Shown in pieces: positions 1 to 14,325 of a stretch of DNA of 64,000 bases. Source of the stretch: Azolla caroliniana (taxonomy: Eukaryota; Plantae; Polypodiophyta); assembly GCA_043228905.1 (NCBI GenBank), contig JBHGNT010000018.1, positions 4,774,001 to 4,838,000 on the forward strand, given 5' to 3'. How positions within the stretch are numbered: position 1 is the first letter of the stretch; every line of letters begins with the position of its first letter. The position numbers and the translations under genes were made by a program. Under the pieces are notes generated by a model, which had not been told where the DNA came from, ran no database searches, and was given only the letters and a program-made list of their open reading frames with translations.

Positions 1-2466
1 TGTATGGCTACAATAGGAATTAAAACGGACATGCCCCTTGGTACAAATAAGTCTCCCAACTTCAAATCACACAAAGCCACCCTAATCACAGAGTTTGCCG
101 GTGAGAACAACCTCAATGTCTCATACAATATCATTTCCACCTACAAAACATAAATTATTAGATTGTGCATATTAGATAAAAAATAAATCTTCTCAATGAA
201 ATCAACAAGCACAAATGTACATACATGATTCGTGCTCCATTGACTTTAGCATTGATAAAAGAACATGATGATAAACCTTGTACATCATGCGATCAAATGC
301 TAGGTGGGACGAAATGCTCGACAATATTTTCAAACTTTACATCACCATTATATTCCTTTTATGGTGCACAATAAATATGTACAAACAAACTAAGAGGAAT
401 GATATTTAAGCCTTAAATGGTCGACAAAAAAAACTTTCCTAAACGTGGCTACAAGTCAAAATGCCCCATAGAGAAAAAAGATGGAGAAGTACTTGTAAAT
501 GTGTAATGTTATTATGAATCCCTCAAGGAGACACTATTGTTTTTTACTATGCACATAGGTGTACAAAAAGAATGAGGTAATATGTTTAAAGCCCTTAATT
601 TGTAGACAAAGAGGTAAAAGACATTGATTGAAATCATATCTAAGACCTTGATCGACAAGAATCTTACTGTCTTCATCTTCGAAGCCGAATCGAAATCCGG
701 GAGCTTTGCCTCACACATGTCAACAACTTCCAACCGAGCTTTCTCTTGCCAACGTGTATTGTGGGCAAGTAGTAGCAATGCCCATGTCAAGAGCAATGCC
801 GTGGTCTCATGACCCGCAAAGAAGAAGGTTTTGCATTCATCCACGATTTGTTGAACACTAAAATTCTCGCCCTCACTTAACATTAAACCCAACAAGTCAA
901 CTCCATATGGTGATGACATATTTCCACCTAGTTTGGCTCGAGCTATTGCTTTCCGTTCCTCGACAATCTCTCGGATTGACGTCTCTACAACCCTTTTGAG
1001 ACTTCGTAGCTTCATAAAGATAGGGAGTGGTACATAACTGTAGTTCAAGCAAAATATAGATTGAATGACTACCATGGATAAGCACTAGCTACTTTGTCTT
1101 AGGTCAAGCAATAGGAAAGTATCACTTAGCATCGATGCCTAGCCTCAAATGTTTTAACATCATTTTGTATAAGCAGAGACTAGTATTATATAGCCTTACC
1201 TCATCCCAGGGATAGTCAATAGGTGCCCATGTTTGAAGACAAATTCCTTGAGCTCCTCGAGGTATTGGAACACCTTCCTCCCTCTCTCGTAGCTACTCCC
1301 GAACTGCGTGTGCGCAATAATGTCGGCCGTAAGAGCAACCATGCTCTTCTCAATATCAATCTCGAATTGTCCGTTGTGACTCTTGATTCCTTGACACCAT
1401 TCTTCCACCATAGCCATTGTGAGACCAACCATAACTTGAGAAAAATCCTACACAATAAGCACGAGCATGATTCACAAGGTGTACATTGAATACATCGTGG
1501 ATGGATCCATCCCTCGAGAGACGGGGGGGCCATGGCCAATCAAATGGTCATCCACATGGAGCTCAAACAATTTTGAACCAACCCCCTACCCCCCCCTGCC
1601 CCCCATGGGGCATTGTGAGGAAAAGAATGAAAACTTAGGAGTAAGACCTTTGTTTCTAAACAATAATTTAAAATAATCGCAGGTACCTTGAGCCTTAGGG
1701 AGTGGAAGGCAGGGGCAACAATTTTCCTCTGGTGTGCCCAAGTGTCACCATTGGCTAGGATGAGGCCACTAAGGCCCGTGATGGGCTCGAGGAAGCGTTG
1801 GAGCAATGGAGACTTCCCCATGGCCGATGGAGAGAGGAAATTGTTGTCATTGTACTCATTGCTCTTATTGTGTTTGTTTGTGTTGTTGGCATTGGCATTG
1901 GCATTGTCACTCTTAAGCATGGTAGTCGAAGACGACATGAGTAGTGTGTCCTTCACAACCTTCATGTCAGTAGTGACTACGTGCGGATCGGGACCAATCC
2001 ACATCAAGTAGTGCCGTTTCACACCATAGGCCCGACTCCACGTGACATGCTCAGGTAGTATACGTTGGAGCATATGACTGTGACTAAGGTTCATTGGTTT
2101 ACAATAACTAGTATTATTGGGATCTAATCCCATGAGTAATTCGTCATCCATGGCTACTTTGTCTCTCAGCCTCTTCATGTCTAATGTATTGCCCCATAGG
2201 AAAGACGGCTTGGGCCCTTCGATGCCTTGATCGTTGGCTATCCGAGAATAGTGATGAGGTCTCAACCATAGCATTTCCATGCATTCATAGGCTTGACTAA
2301 CAAGCAAGAATGTCATGGTGATGATGATGATGAATACTACATAATGGCTTGTTGGTGTTGCCATGAATCCAACGACAATAAGGATGATGGAGATGATGAA
2401 GGTTTTACATGCATAATTTCTAAGTGCCCTCATTAGGAGCAACACTAATGCTTTGTAAATCTCCAT
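1..2466 (-). CDS. Cytochrome P450, CYP72 clan (CYP735A/714/715-like); exons 2466(or 2363)-1687, 1447-1200, 1037-668, 140-<1; 3' end off window
   Basis: In-frame GT-AG junctions (RLK|DFSQ, GMS|YVP, MKT|VEM). Motifs: N-terminal TM, GPKPSFLWGN, WAHQR (WxxxR), LTADIIAHTQFGSSY, I-helix DECKTFFFAGHETT and ETLR (ExxR) in the 140-1 exon. Confidence 0.92.
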
Positions 2467-4899
2467 GTATATAATTGATGTAGTTGAGTCTAAGGTTCAA
2501 CGGGGTTATATATATAATACAATTATGGGCTAGTTTATTGGAGGGAGTGGGGGTATTTAGGGAACTATTATTTGTTGTTATGAGATGCTTGATGGAGAGG
2601 GATATTGAAAAGATGGAGATTATAAAAAATATTTCCTAATTAAAGGCCGTGGGCTCAAATCCTCCCTCATCCCTTATCCTCTATATAAATATAGTAACTT
2701 GTCCATAAAAACAAGCATCATGAACTTGTCCCTATTTAATTATATTTCCATACACAAAAACCCCCATAAAGAATGACATGACAAATTCATCTTACATGCA
2801 AAATTGAGTGAGAGCGTTAAATAGATCGATGGAGGAGGGTTCGAATATTATCAAATACTTTATTTTGTGTCAACGTGCATAAAAACAAAAATAAATATGT
2901 GATTGATGTTAGCCTAGCCTAGAACTCACGAGTACATCATGCATTCTGGCAATTCTTGATGCTAGCCTAGCTTGGAACTCATGGAACATCATGCATTTTG
3001 GCCGATAAGGTGTTTTTCATTGTATCAAGTGGTTGTGGTTGGCATATATGTATGTATTATAGGACCATGAGCCAATTGGGCCCATTATAAGTACATTTCT
3101 TTTATGTGTCAATGATCCATCAAGTCAACATCCAAGATGTGTTATGAGGATACTATAGTACAATATAGACTTCATAAAACCGCTAGCCCAAATTAGATTG
3201 GCTTGTCAATTCATGGATGGTCCTTATGGCCTTGGACATTATCAATATAACTAGTATAGTCCAAGATAGACATGTGGTTCCATTTAAGCTATGTAAAAGG
3301 GTTCTTTCCCTAAGGTGAGCTCATTTGTACATATAAATGTGATAGTTGGATAGGAATTGTTCTCTTATGGAACTTGATATCAACAAAGTTGAGGCTTTGT
3401 ACCAAAGTCCAACGGAGGCTTTAGAGGAGAAATGAATTAGAGAAGATATTGCGAAAAATGAAATTTTACAATACAAGAAAGTAGATTAAGCAAAATGATC
3501 AAGTTTGAGGTAAGAAATTTATTGAAAATACACTTCTAAGAAATCAATGAGGAATTCATACCAAAAGAGTAGAAATTATTGTTACAATCTTTGGATAAGG
3601 ATTTTAGCTAGTGGATTAATGTTTCAAACATGAAATGAAAGGACGTTATATAAATCATGTAATAGACCAAAAGAATCCTCATGAAGCAGTTCAAATCAAA
3701 TTGATTGAACGAATTTATGGGTATAAAACACACAGGTATAAATTTCAGGCTGATATTTCAAAACATTGCTTACTTTTGACGTATCTAATCTATAGATCCT
3801 TGTTTTATTGTGATCCTTCTAATAAAAATAGTTTTAAAGGTCTCAAACATCTTTGAAACTGTCATTTGGTGCTCATTGAGCCCTTTAGTTTCCTCCAATA
3901 CAAACTAGAGTAATTAAGGTTTTATCAACGAAAGCCACACCAAGCAAATACCCCAAATAAGAGGCCAACATCATTCACTTGTGTCGAAAAGCTTACAACA
4001 AGAGGCTACGAACATCTTTTAATTGCCCATCGAGACTTGTTACATTGGAGCATGTACTAAACATTATCTCTTAGAAAAGGAAATATTACTTGTCATGGAG
4101 AAATAAGAACCCTATAAATGCTTGATTTTTTATATACATATTCTCATACATGTTGAAGAAATGACTGTCACTTGACATAGGAACTAATGCACAAGCTAGG
4201 GATTAATTCAATCAAGCACTTAACTATTTACAATGAAATAAAATGTTGCGGAATTGGTCTATATAGCTCTTAAAATAAGTGGGAAACCTTGTATGTCACA
4301 TATGTACAAATTGAAAATTTGGCCACACGTCAATATTTTATTCTTCTATATCCAAGGGAAGGTGCCTTTGTATGAAAATGATCCTCACAATCTTCTGTAA
4401 AAGAAACATGGAAGAGCCTTTATAATGAAAGTTTAGTATGAGAATATATCATTCAATGAGCATTCTCATTGAGAGATGATCATATGGATTTAGACCCTTA
4501 CAATATGTCATTGTATTAATGATATTTAGACCATGAGTATAAGAATGGCTAGGAATATTTCTAGGAATGTGTTTCGAAGTGCCATAAAGGGCCAATATAG
4601 AGGAAGAATACTAGGCTTGCATTATATACTCTAGGAAACTCAAATTTAAGTTGTGTGATGCAATGAGCCATATGAGGGCTTCGTCAAAACCCCATCATAT
4701 AACATATCTTCGGTATGTACTTGGTAAGAAAGTAATAATAACATTAGTAAAATAATTCGTTGTGAGTATTTTTTTATTGTATCAGAACTACGACACGAGA
4801 AATGTTTGCAAATGAGAGTACACTAGTAAAATTATTGTTTTTAGTTTTTGTTGTTTGCGTAAAGACTATGTCAAGAAAACATCACCAAAGAGAGTACTT

Positions 4900-7500
4900 G
4901 TAGGAATGTGATTCTTCTATATTGGACATTATGTCAAACCATTAAACAATATCCATTAATAAACCTCTTTCAAGCATGTTTATGGTGTCTTTTAATCTTG
5001 TTAATGTGGTCATTTTCTGAAAACATTTTCCTCTCTCAACCCTTCGTGGGGCTTTCCACTTCATTTTCCTGTCTTCACCCATCTTCTCAACTTCTTGTAG
5101 TACCAACTTTGAATAATATTTTACCAATTCGGTTGTCTACCAATTCCCTTCTTTAATGTGTTTCCACCCTAGGCCATTTCATGCATAAATTACATTCGAC
5201 ATCATGGTGAGTGAAAGTGAGACCTTTTGTTTTGTATGCTATGAGTCTAAAATTGTTGGTGCTAGCTCACATAACATCTTCCTCAAACCTTGGAAGGAAA
5301 ATATGATTGTGATAATTGACAAAATGTTGCAAGACCATCTTTGAATTAGGATTTAGCATAGGTTAGTCCAATTTACAATAGTGAAGCCTTGAGTGAGATA
5401 TTTATACAATTGGTTTAACCCTCCCAATTTGTTCCCATCCTCAGTTCAATAACCTTAATATTGTGAACCATATTGCCTCAATGTACATACATGCAAGAAA
5501 TGCTCTTTGATCCATATAGCGACTTGCCAAACTACCAACAAACTATTAATGGTGACCAACTCTTTTTGAGATTCTTGCAAATATGTAATCGATATTTTTT
5601 GAATTCTCACTAGTCAAAATTTAACATTCTGGTAACTAGAACATTCATAGGATGCACATAAATGAAGGTCGTAGTTGTCAACTGGTTGACATGTGTTAAC
5701 AAAAGGAAATGGGTCTTGATCTAGCAACAAACACTAAACTCGATTAAATCACTGACCAACATCTTGACAACAATAAAGTAGAAGGGAGACATATCAAACA
5801 TCTTGAATACTTGTCATAAAATTCCTTGTGGTCCAAGAATTTAACAAGCGGCTAGACATAGTCCAAAAGACAAATTAATTTATAATGCGATCCTTGTCAA
5901 ATGTTCACATTGCTTATGGATAGATTATAATGTTGTTCTTCCTTTTAACTTTTTTTTTTCACTTTTACATTTCTATCAACTGTGTTGATAGTCGGAATGT
6001 TTCTTATGATGAAGTTGCATATGAAAATAATTCAAGAAAAGTGGTGTGGATTCACTAGGCTAAGCATGCATTCCGTAGCATTGCCTTTTAAAGGAAATTT
6101 TTTGAGATAATTTAATCTTGTTCGAAATTATTATGCAAATGTATAAAAGTCACAACTTAGATGTTTAATTTCCTCAAATTTTGATTTCGTTTTACTCTTG
6201 ACAAATAGTTTAGTATTTCCTACTCGATCTCCATCCAAGAACCTTGACAAATATATATTTTTGAGGGGCTTCCTTTGATAATAAAAAATTGGGTAGATTT
6301 TAAAATATTTTTTGAAATATGCACAACAATATTTATTTGAGAGTGCATATATCTCTAAGTTCTAACAATAATTGGAATTACCATAAGAAAAACGATCTTG
6401 TCTTACACGAGTTATTCTCTTATGGGGGATAATGCCATAATGCATAGCAAGGTAACCTTTTCTTTCGGGGATAATGGCATAATTCGTGACTTCGCAATGA
6501 TACGTGCAAGTAAGACCTAATAATTTGTAAATGAGGGAAATTGGTAGCTTGGAATTCAAAACCAATGTCTCTTCGCTGGATTGTGCGTAACAAAATGTGA
6601 TTAGAAGGATTAAAGATGATGAAATATGGAGTTCATGAGGTACAACTTATTGTTTAGAATGAATTTTGACGTCTATGTAAGTTCCCACTAGGCGTGTACA
6701 TTGATGGTCTCATTAACCCTTCATACACTATTTTTACGATGGCATTTCATCCCTCCACATTGAGCTATCATCAATCGCACCCCCAATTTCCAAGAATTTA
6801 AGTTTTTTCAAGTGAACGAACAAGACAAGCATTAGTTACCTTTGGTACTCACGAAGGAGTTCACCCCACTGACACTTAGCTCAACCATTACATTTTGAAG
6901 TGTGTATACTTAATATAATCTTCAAAATGGTCATTATTCATGCATTTTATGGTACGAAATACACCTTTTTTGGCCCTTAAAATTATGATTTACTGACCAA
7001 AAATGGGAAAACAATATACAACAATGATTCCCTTTAAAGGCTACAGAAAAAACATTATGTATGTATATCATGAAATAGACTAAGAGCACTTAATTAGCTT
7101 ATAACCAATGGATATTGGAAAGTGGGTATGATAATGAGGCTTTCATATGGTTTGGCTTGACTTTTGACCATAGGATGGGATTAATGCTTTCCTTAGTTGG
7201 ATGGATGGGCCCCAATATTATGGAAACTTCCTATATTTACTAACTGTATCAAAATTAGACTTGGACCAAAGAATGATTATAAGGGTATCTTTTAAGGTTT
7301 CAATTGAAGGTGAACGTTGACTCAATCCACTCCACTCTTGGCTATTTGAATGAGCTTTGTAATGCATAATACCATGTAGTAATTGTGTCGATTGAGTTTC
7401 TTTTAGAAATACTTCGCTTTTAGGCAAACAAACACTATTTTTATTACCGCCATGATATCAACTTGAGTTACCTTTCTAGGACATGTAAAGTAATGTACTT
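4900..7500 (-). mobile_element. Highly degenerate Gypsy-like pol remnant (RNase H/integrase-like scraps)
   Basis: Short minus-strand peptide scraps resemble RNase H (IGA near 6790) and the integrase C-terminus (KW-LG near 5170). No intact ORF; boundaries approximate. Confidence 0.3.
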
Positions 7501-8599
7501 TGATTAAAGCTCAAACGTTCTTACTAGACTTTCTTCGATTGTCACCACTATGTGTAAACACAAAAGGAAATTTTGATTATAATGCTAATAGAAAGGGGAA
7601 ATTAGTGGGAATATTTAGAAGCTACAACTAGACTTAGAAGCCGACATGTTTCACCTGATAGAGTGTCCCCTTCCCTCCCCCACATTATAAATAAAAGATC
7701 TTCACTTTGTGACAAGTTCCCCTCATTGTTTTTCTAATTCTCTTATTATATCCTACATTGGTATCCAATGAATGGACCAAATCGTCTTTACTTATTTCGG
7801 ACAAAGTTCTCATTATGATGATTTGAGCGTGGAGATGAAATACCAATATTTGATTTTTTAAACGTCTTCAAAGATTTTGTAAATTTATAGATTTTATTTG
7901 TATAATGTTGCATAGGTGGTCTCTTTCAAATAAGGTTTTTATTTTACTGCGCACAATGGAAACTTGAAGCATTTGAAAAAGTTAAACGACTTCCATTGGT
8001 CGCATTGACTCGTATTTAAGTGTCTAAACTATATTCAATTTATTTTGCTAATAGAATTAACAACTGTAGAAGTGTGTCGCTAAATGTGCCTTTCGTAGGA
8101 CCCATACTACATCAACAAAAGGATATAAAAAGTGTGTCTTGATTGTTTCTTACCCGTTCACATTAGATAGAGGAAAAAGAAAGACTTTGCCTATCTTTCT
8201 ACCTCCCACTCCACATAGTGGATAACCTCAATAGAAAAGCCTTCTAGAAAAGACAACACTTTTGTTTTGATTAGTTAGAGAGGAAAAAAATGTAAAATAA
8301 TTAAGATAGATGGAGAAGTAAATCAAATTCTACCAATATGTGTGAAATGTTTTGTTGGCAAAAGACAACTTTCCACTTGAAAAGGTGAAAACATCGATGG
8401 TGTTTTCCACCATTGTTGTGTGCACACAACGTTAATTCCTATACATTATTCTTTATTTAAAAGATGGGTTTCAGTTTGATTTCTCGGTCTCCCTTTCATA
8501 CTTGAGAACTGATATCCAAGTTAAATATCTGTATGATTTGCAACTGGTATACTTTACATATATCAATTTGTGTGTTTTAGTGTTGGGAATCTATTTGTT

Positions 8600-9250
8600 G
8601 GTTACATTCTTAATGCCTCGCCTACATAGATATGGTCGATGCGAGATAGGATGGGTCCACTATTCCGAACATCTGATTTGGAAAATAAGAGAGAGTCACT
8701 TTTGCGTTGGAAGTTGTCTGAATGCCATATATCGCACAGGTTAAGGTGGACACATAACTTCTCCCACTGTTTACGTTCCTCTCCTTGGAGAACATGTTGT
8801 TAGAACTATCGTGAAGGGATTCAATCATATTAAAATCCCTTCCTATGCACCTCTCCTCCTCACCTGCTACTTGTAAGCGGATACGCTCCTAGAATGTTGC
8901 CCAATCTATTCTACTATTTGGAGCATAAACATTCATGAAATTCCAATGTTGCCCTTGCATGGCCAACGTACAAAAATGCACCCTACCATGTATAAGTGAT
9001 TCCTGATGTCTTAAGTCTTGGGATAGATGTTCCCGAATCAATGTGCAAATACCACCATGGTTTCCATCATCACCTATTGCTGGTTCCCATATTGTTCGCC
9101 ACGAGCCTGGAAGAAATTGCTAAAGAACAATATGAATTCATAACGATGGGGTTTGGTTTACAATTGAATTTTTGTACTCGAAGCGGCCCATCCGAGGTAG
9201 GTTCCAAGAATACGGGAATTTTAGGAACTTACCTATTGGAAGGAATTCTT
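8600..9250 (-). mobile_element. L1-type LINE endonuclease (APE) remnant
   Basis: Minus strand reads WNFMNVYAPN (~8915-8945) and LSRIDHIYV (~8622-8650), both APE motifs; interrupted by stops and frameshifts. Confidence 0.6.
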
Positions 9251-9294
9251 CGATGATGTTGGAGTATATGATAAATTATAATCCAAAGAATAAT

Positions 9295-9740
9295 GAGATA
9301 CACGTTTCAATTTCAATTAAACACTTATACTATATTTACGAGTTGTCTTTGTGCATGTACATGACAACAACATTCCCGGACATAACTAACATAGCCCAAA
9401 TAGTAGATCTCTCCATAATTATGACATATGTAGGGAACCTTGGGCCATTGACGTAGTAGACCAAACTAGGTGGTTCATGAACTCTTTCCTTTCACATAAA
9501 TATCATTATGTTGCATTGTGTGATGATCCACAAAAAAATAGTAGATGACGACACACGTTTCAATTTCTGTGAGACACATACTAAATTTACAATTTCTCTT
9601 GTGCATGCATAATACAATAACCTTCTGTGACATACTATCATAACCCAAATAGTAGATCTCTCTGTCATTATGTTGTATGTAAGGAATCTTGGGCTATTAA
9701 CTTAGTGGACCAAACAAGGTGGTTCATGAACTCTTAGTGC
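9295..9740. repeat. Imperfect direct duplication (~250-bp period)
   Basis: acacgtttcaattt...cccaaatagtagatctctc...ggtggttcatgaactct occurs at ~9299-9486 and ~9553-9735. Confidence 0.75.
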
Positions 9741-10199
9741 GTCCCATAAATATAATTATGTTATAAGTAACTTGTGAACAACCCTACATATCATACGTAA
9801 AATGAAGATAAGGTTCTCATGCAACTTTGTCTTAATGTGTGTATTTGTATGTGTGTGTATGAATATGCATATGCATTTGTGGATGTGTAAATCACACATA
9901 TTCATATGCAGATATTTTGGTTGTGGATGTATAGTTTTCAATGTACGAAATCTATGTTGTCAAGCAATTATGGAATAATACATGAATAGAAATGATTGAT
10001 GATAGTGTAAATGCACATGTTTTTTTCTTCCTTATGATTGTAAAAAGAAAATATTGAATCTGCCCATCAATGTCCTTTAAGAAGATGTGTTATATGTCCA
10101 TGTTTTTATCAAGAAAATGATGTTTTGCACTAATTGTTTGTTGAATCATTAGAATATCATGAGTGGAAAATGATACATTCTCTTAGTTGATGTCTTTCC

Positions 10200-11100
10200 A
10201 ACTGTTTTTTTGTCAAACCTGATATGCTTGTCGACACATGATAAAAGAGACATGTTTATGATATATTTTGTCTCCCCTTTTAGGCTTGCTTTGAGGGTGA
10301 AATGTTTACATAGTATTAAATTTTATTGAATGTAGCTAAGTGACAAGCGTTATCAAGTTATTTTATAAAATCAATTTTACCTCTAAAAATAAAGCATGTA
10401 GTGCCATCTTATCCATTTCGAATCATTCAAGTTATAAAGCTTAAAGGCTCTACAAGTTTGTATATGTCTCAGATAAGGTGTTTTAAAACTAGGGGTTCAA
10501 CACAAGCTTGAATACATCTATTTTGAGTTAGATTGTGGCAAAACCATGTATTTGGTAGCTTGCGAGAGGAGCAAGGTGTTGTTTACATCAGAATATGAGT
10601 ATTGAACGCTATTCAAAGCTTTATTGGTTCTATATCGTCATTCTTGTTTCATATAAGAAGTTAAAAATATTGCTCAAAAGTTGTTACAGGTTGGTCTCTC
10701 AGTATCCAAACTTTATGGTATTGCTTTATGAAGATATGTATTGTCGTTTTTCCTATTTCTTCCTTGATTGTATGAGCATAATTCTTGAGATTGAAAATGG
10801 GAAAGGTCTAGATATTATTCTTGATATGTAACAGAAAAACTTGCAATACTATTAGGTGTATTGTGCTATCATCTTTCTATGTCACATGATTAAGAAATGA
10901 TGTTCACTTATAACTTTTCAATACTAAGCTCATAGAGTTCTATGAAATTGACATTTATGTTGCATACATAATGTTCATGTTAGTATTAGAGACTCATGGC
11001 AACTCGTAGAAAGTTATTTAATTATAGTTTGTAGCTAGCACAATTTAGTGGGAAAAATAACTCCTAACATGCTTTGTTTGAGATTACGAATACCTTCCAT
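10200..11100 (+). mobile_element. Possible degenerate Copia RT/RNase H remnant
   Basis: Scrap resembling the Copia RNase H 'STxExEY' motif near 10580-10605; heavily mutated. Confidence 0.25.
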
Positions 11101-12399
11101 TTTATCATCTATTACTATTCAATGCTATAACTTTTTGACACCTAGCCCAACTCTGCAGAAGATTCTTCTTAAAGAATGAAGGATAATGCTAATTGTGAGT
11201 GAACAAAATCAGGAAAAATTGTTGGAACTCAATCTTGGGCTTTTTTTGCATTTGGAGCATTCCTAAATTATTTCTTTCCATGAAAAGGAAAGACGCCATT
11301 GTTGGGAATGGGTTTGAAGTCTCCAATTATGAGACATTATGATATATCCAATTATAAAAATTTGGCAACATCTATTTTGTGTGTGGCGGACAAGGGTATT
11401 TTCGTTTAGAGGTTTCCCGTAGCACCTAGGCCAATAATTCATTTAGTACAGGGTTTTACCTACATCTCTACTGTGTTTAATGGGTTGCAAGACATAGGTA
11501 TTTTTGTTGAGAGCTTGCCTTTAGAGGTTTTCTTGTAGCACTTTGGTCAACAATTTTCAACCCTCACTATGTGTTAGAGAAACTCGGGTACCTATTAGTC
11601 TGCCTCAATTTAGTTGATCAATGCAATCAACTATGTTTAGGAAGCCAAAATTAGGTGATTTGATTCAATCACAAAACATTAATGTTTGGGATATTTACTT
11701 ATGACTGATCCTTTTCAAATATCCATAGCAACTTGGTTACCCATAATAAGTCTACCTGTATTTTGTTGGACGATGCAATCAACTATGTAGAAGAAACCAA
11801 ATCATAGGTGAACTTTAGTGCAATCCTTGAGCTTTGGTTGGTTGCTTCTTGAGACATCACATGGCTTTAGTGCCTTTTTCTAATACCTCGGCTACCACCC
11901 CATCCCATGGATATTAGCCCACTCCTTGCATGAGAATAAATTTGCATGATGCATGAGTAGTATTCGTAAATGGCTTTCTCATTTAGGTCTTGTTTGGGCA
12001 TGCATTACAATGGTGGGATTTTTTGTGTGCCTTACCGTTTGTGTGTTTGGGGTGTCTTTCTTTGAGTTGGGGTTGATGACTTGACAGAGGTCATAAATGT
12101 GTCCCAAGTCAGAGTTTGGAATTTGAAGCACATTGTGTTTAGGTCCAAGGTCTCAACTTGGGACTTAGGTATGAGTTTACTCACATGTTTCCCAATGCTA
12201 CCTTCTGTAGTCTTGGTTAGAGTTTTCTTTTTGAGCTTGTTGGAAGTCAGGTATAAATGACCTAAGCACTCGAATGATGTTATCATGTACTTACTCTTGT
12301 GATATTAATCTTCGTAAACTATACATGACTATCTCAAGGCTTTTGAGGATAGCACTTGTCCATATGAAGGGAGGTCTATCTAATGGCTTTTCTAATCAT

Positions 12400-14243
12400 A
12401 CAAAACAATTACCCAAGGCAGTATGTTGTAGGGCACTGGACCCCCATCTCTCTTCAACAACTATCCACAGTCATGGTGGCTTCTTGTTTGTAGACTAATT
12501 GAAATGGTGTATGACGTGTGGCTACTTTGTAAGAACTATGAGAAACCGATAGTGTTGCATGAAATTTTGGCCTCCAATATCTTGGTGTGGTGACTATTTT
12601 GGTGAGGACTTTATAGAGAATCTTGTTGGAGCTCTTTGCTTGCCCATTTTACCTAGGGTATTAAGGTATGCTCTTTCGATGGGTGACCATAAGCTCACCT
12701 AGAAGATGTGTCACAACTTTTTTAAGAAAATAAAAGCCATGTAACTTAATAGCACTAGGGTGAACCTAAAATGAACCATGTTTTTATATAGAAATTGGGT
12801 CGTAGTCCTAGCATCACTTTTTCTAGAAACCTTGTCTTCAACCCAATTCTTGCAATAACCACTTGCAATGATTATACGTAGGTTTTTACTTCTTGTTGGG
12901 CTAACTAGGCCAATGAAATCAATACCCCATTTCTCAATGGTTATTAAAACCATCCTAAGTGAGGGGTGGCTTATTGTGTTGACACTTGTCTCATCATTTG
13001 ACATATGCAAAATTGGGTCATAGTCCTAACATCACTTTTTCTACAAACCTTGTCTTCAACTCAATTCTTGCAATAACCACTCGCTAGATTATACACAGTT
13101 TTTTATTTGAAGTTGGGATAATTGGGCCAATGAAATCAATACCCATTCCTCAATGGTTGCCAAGCTACTACAAGATAGAGAGCATTAAAGTCATCCTTGA
13201 GGGGTGGCTAATTGTGTTGACACTCATCATATCGTTTGCCATATGCTTATGTATCCTTGAAAAGTGACATCCACCATAGCCCAAGTGAAGGATCTTCCTA
13301 GAGGTTACTCCTAAATGAAAATGTCCACCATGTCTTCCAAAATGTGCTTGTTCAATCATCGCAATCACGTCATGGTCCAAAACACATATGCAAAGGAAAT
13401 CATCTTTACCATGCCTATAAAAGTTACCCATTTTTGTTGTAAGCGGTTCACACTATTTCACCAATGAACAAGCAATTTCCTTGCTAAGTTGTGGCAAAAC
13501 CCATGAAGACCGTTTTGTTGATTAGATATAATAAGGTTTGGTGGTCCACATAGAAACAAAAGTGATAACAAGCGAATAATGCCAAAATTACATCGCCTTA
13601 TATATCATTGTCCATGCTTCGTGCTCCATCATCGAGTAATTTTGTGGAGTTGGGTTGGGTTGGGCTAGCAAATAGCATATGTAATAGGGAATCTAGCTTA
13701 CTATCCTCTATTTGAGCGAGGCTTGCCCAACAACAAAATCAAAGGCATCCTGTGGATATGGAATTCCTTATCCTAATTGGGTGACCTCAAAATGCATGTA
13801 CGTTCACTATACTTTGTATATTGCTCAATCTATTTAAGCCCATTAAAAAACACATAGAGAGGTCTTGCTTTCACTGCAAACATTTTGATAAACCTCCTAT
13901 AGTATTCCATATAGCCCATAAACCCTTGGAGTTGCTTTTTTTGGGTCAAGGATGGCATAACTAGTAGCTTCATCTGATGAAATATCTGACAGGAACACAC
14001 GCTCCCTAAGCACAATCGAGGCTAGGATCAAACACAGAAAACGGATAATGAACGCACGACACAATGAAGAGAAGAGTACACAGGATGTTTACGTGGAAAA
14101 CCCAAACTAGGGAAAAAACCACGGCAGCCCACAGGTTGCAAACTATCACTATGTTACAATGTACAACAGTAAAGCACCGAGGCAACAACCTCGAGCTTTC
14201 TATCTTCGCCACAGGCGGCGGTTACAACAGAGGCAACGACCTC

Positions 14244-14325
<82 letters not shown>

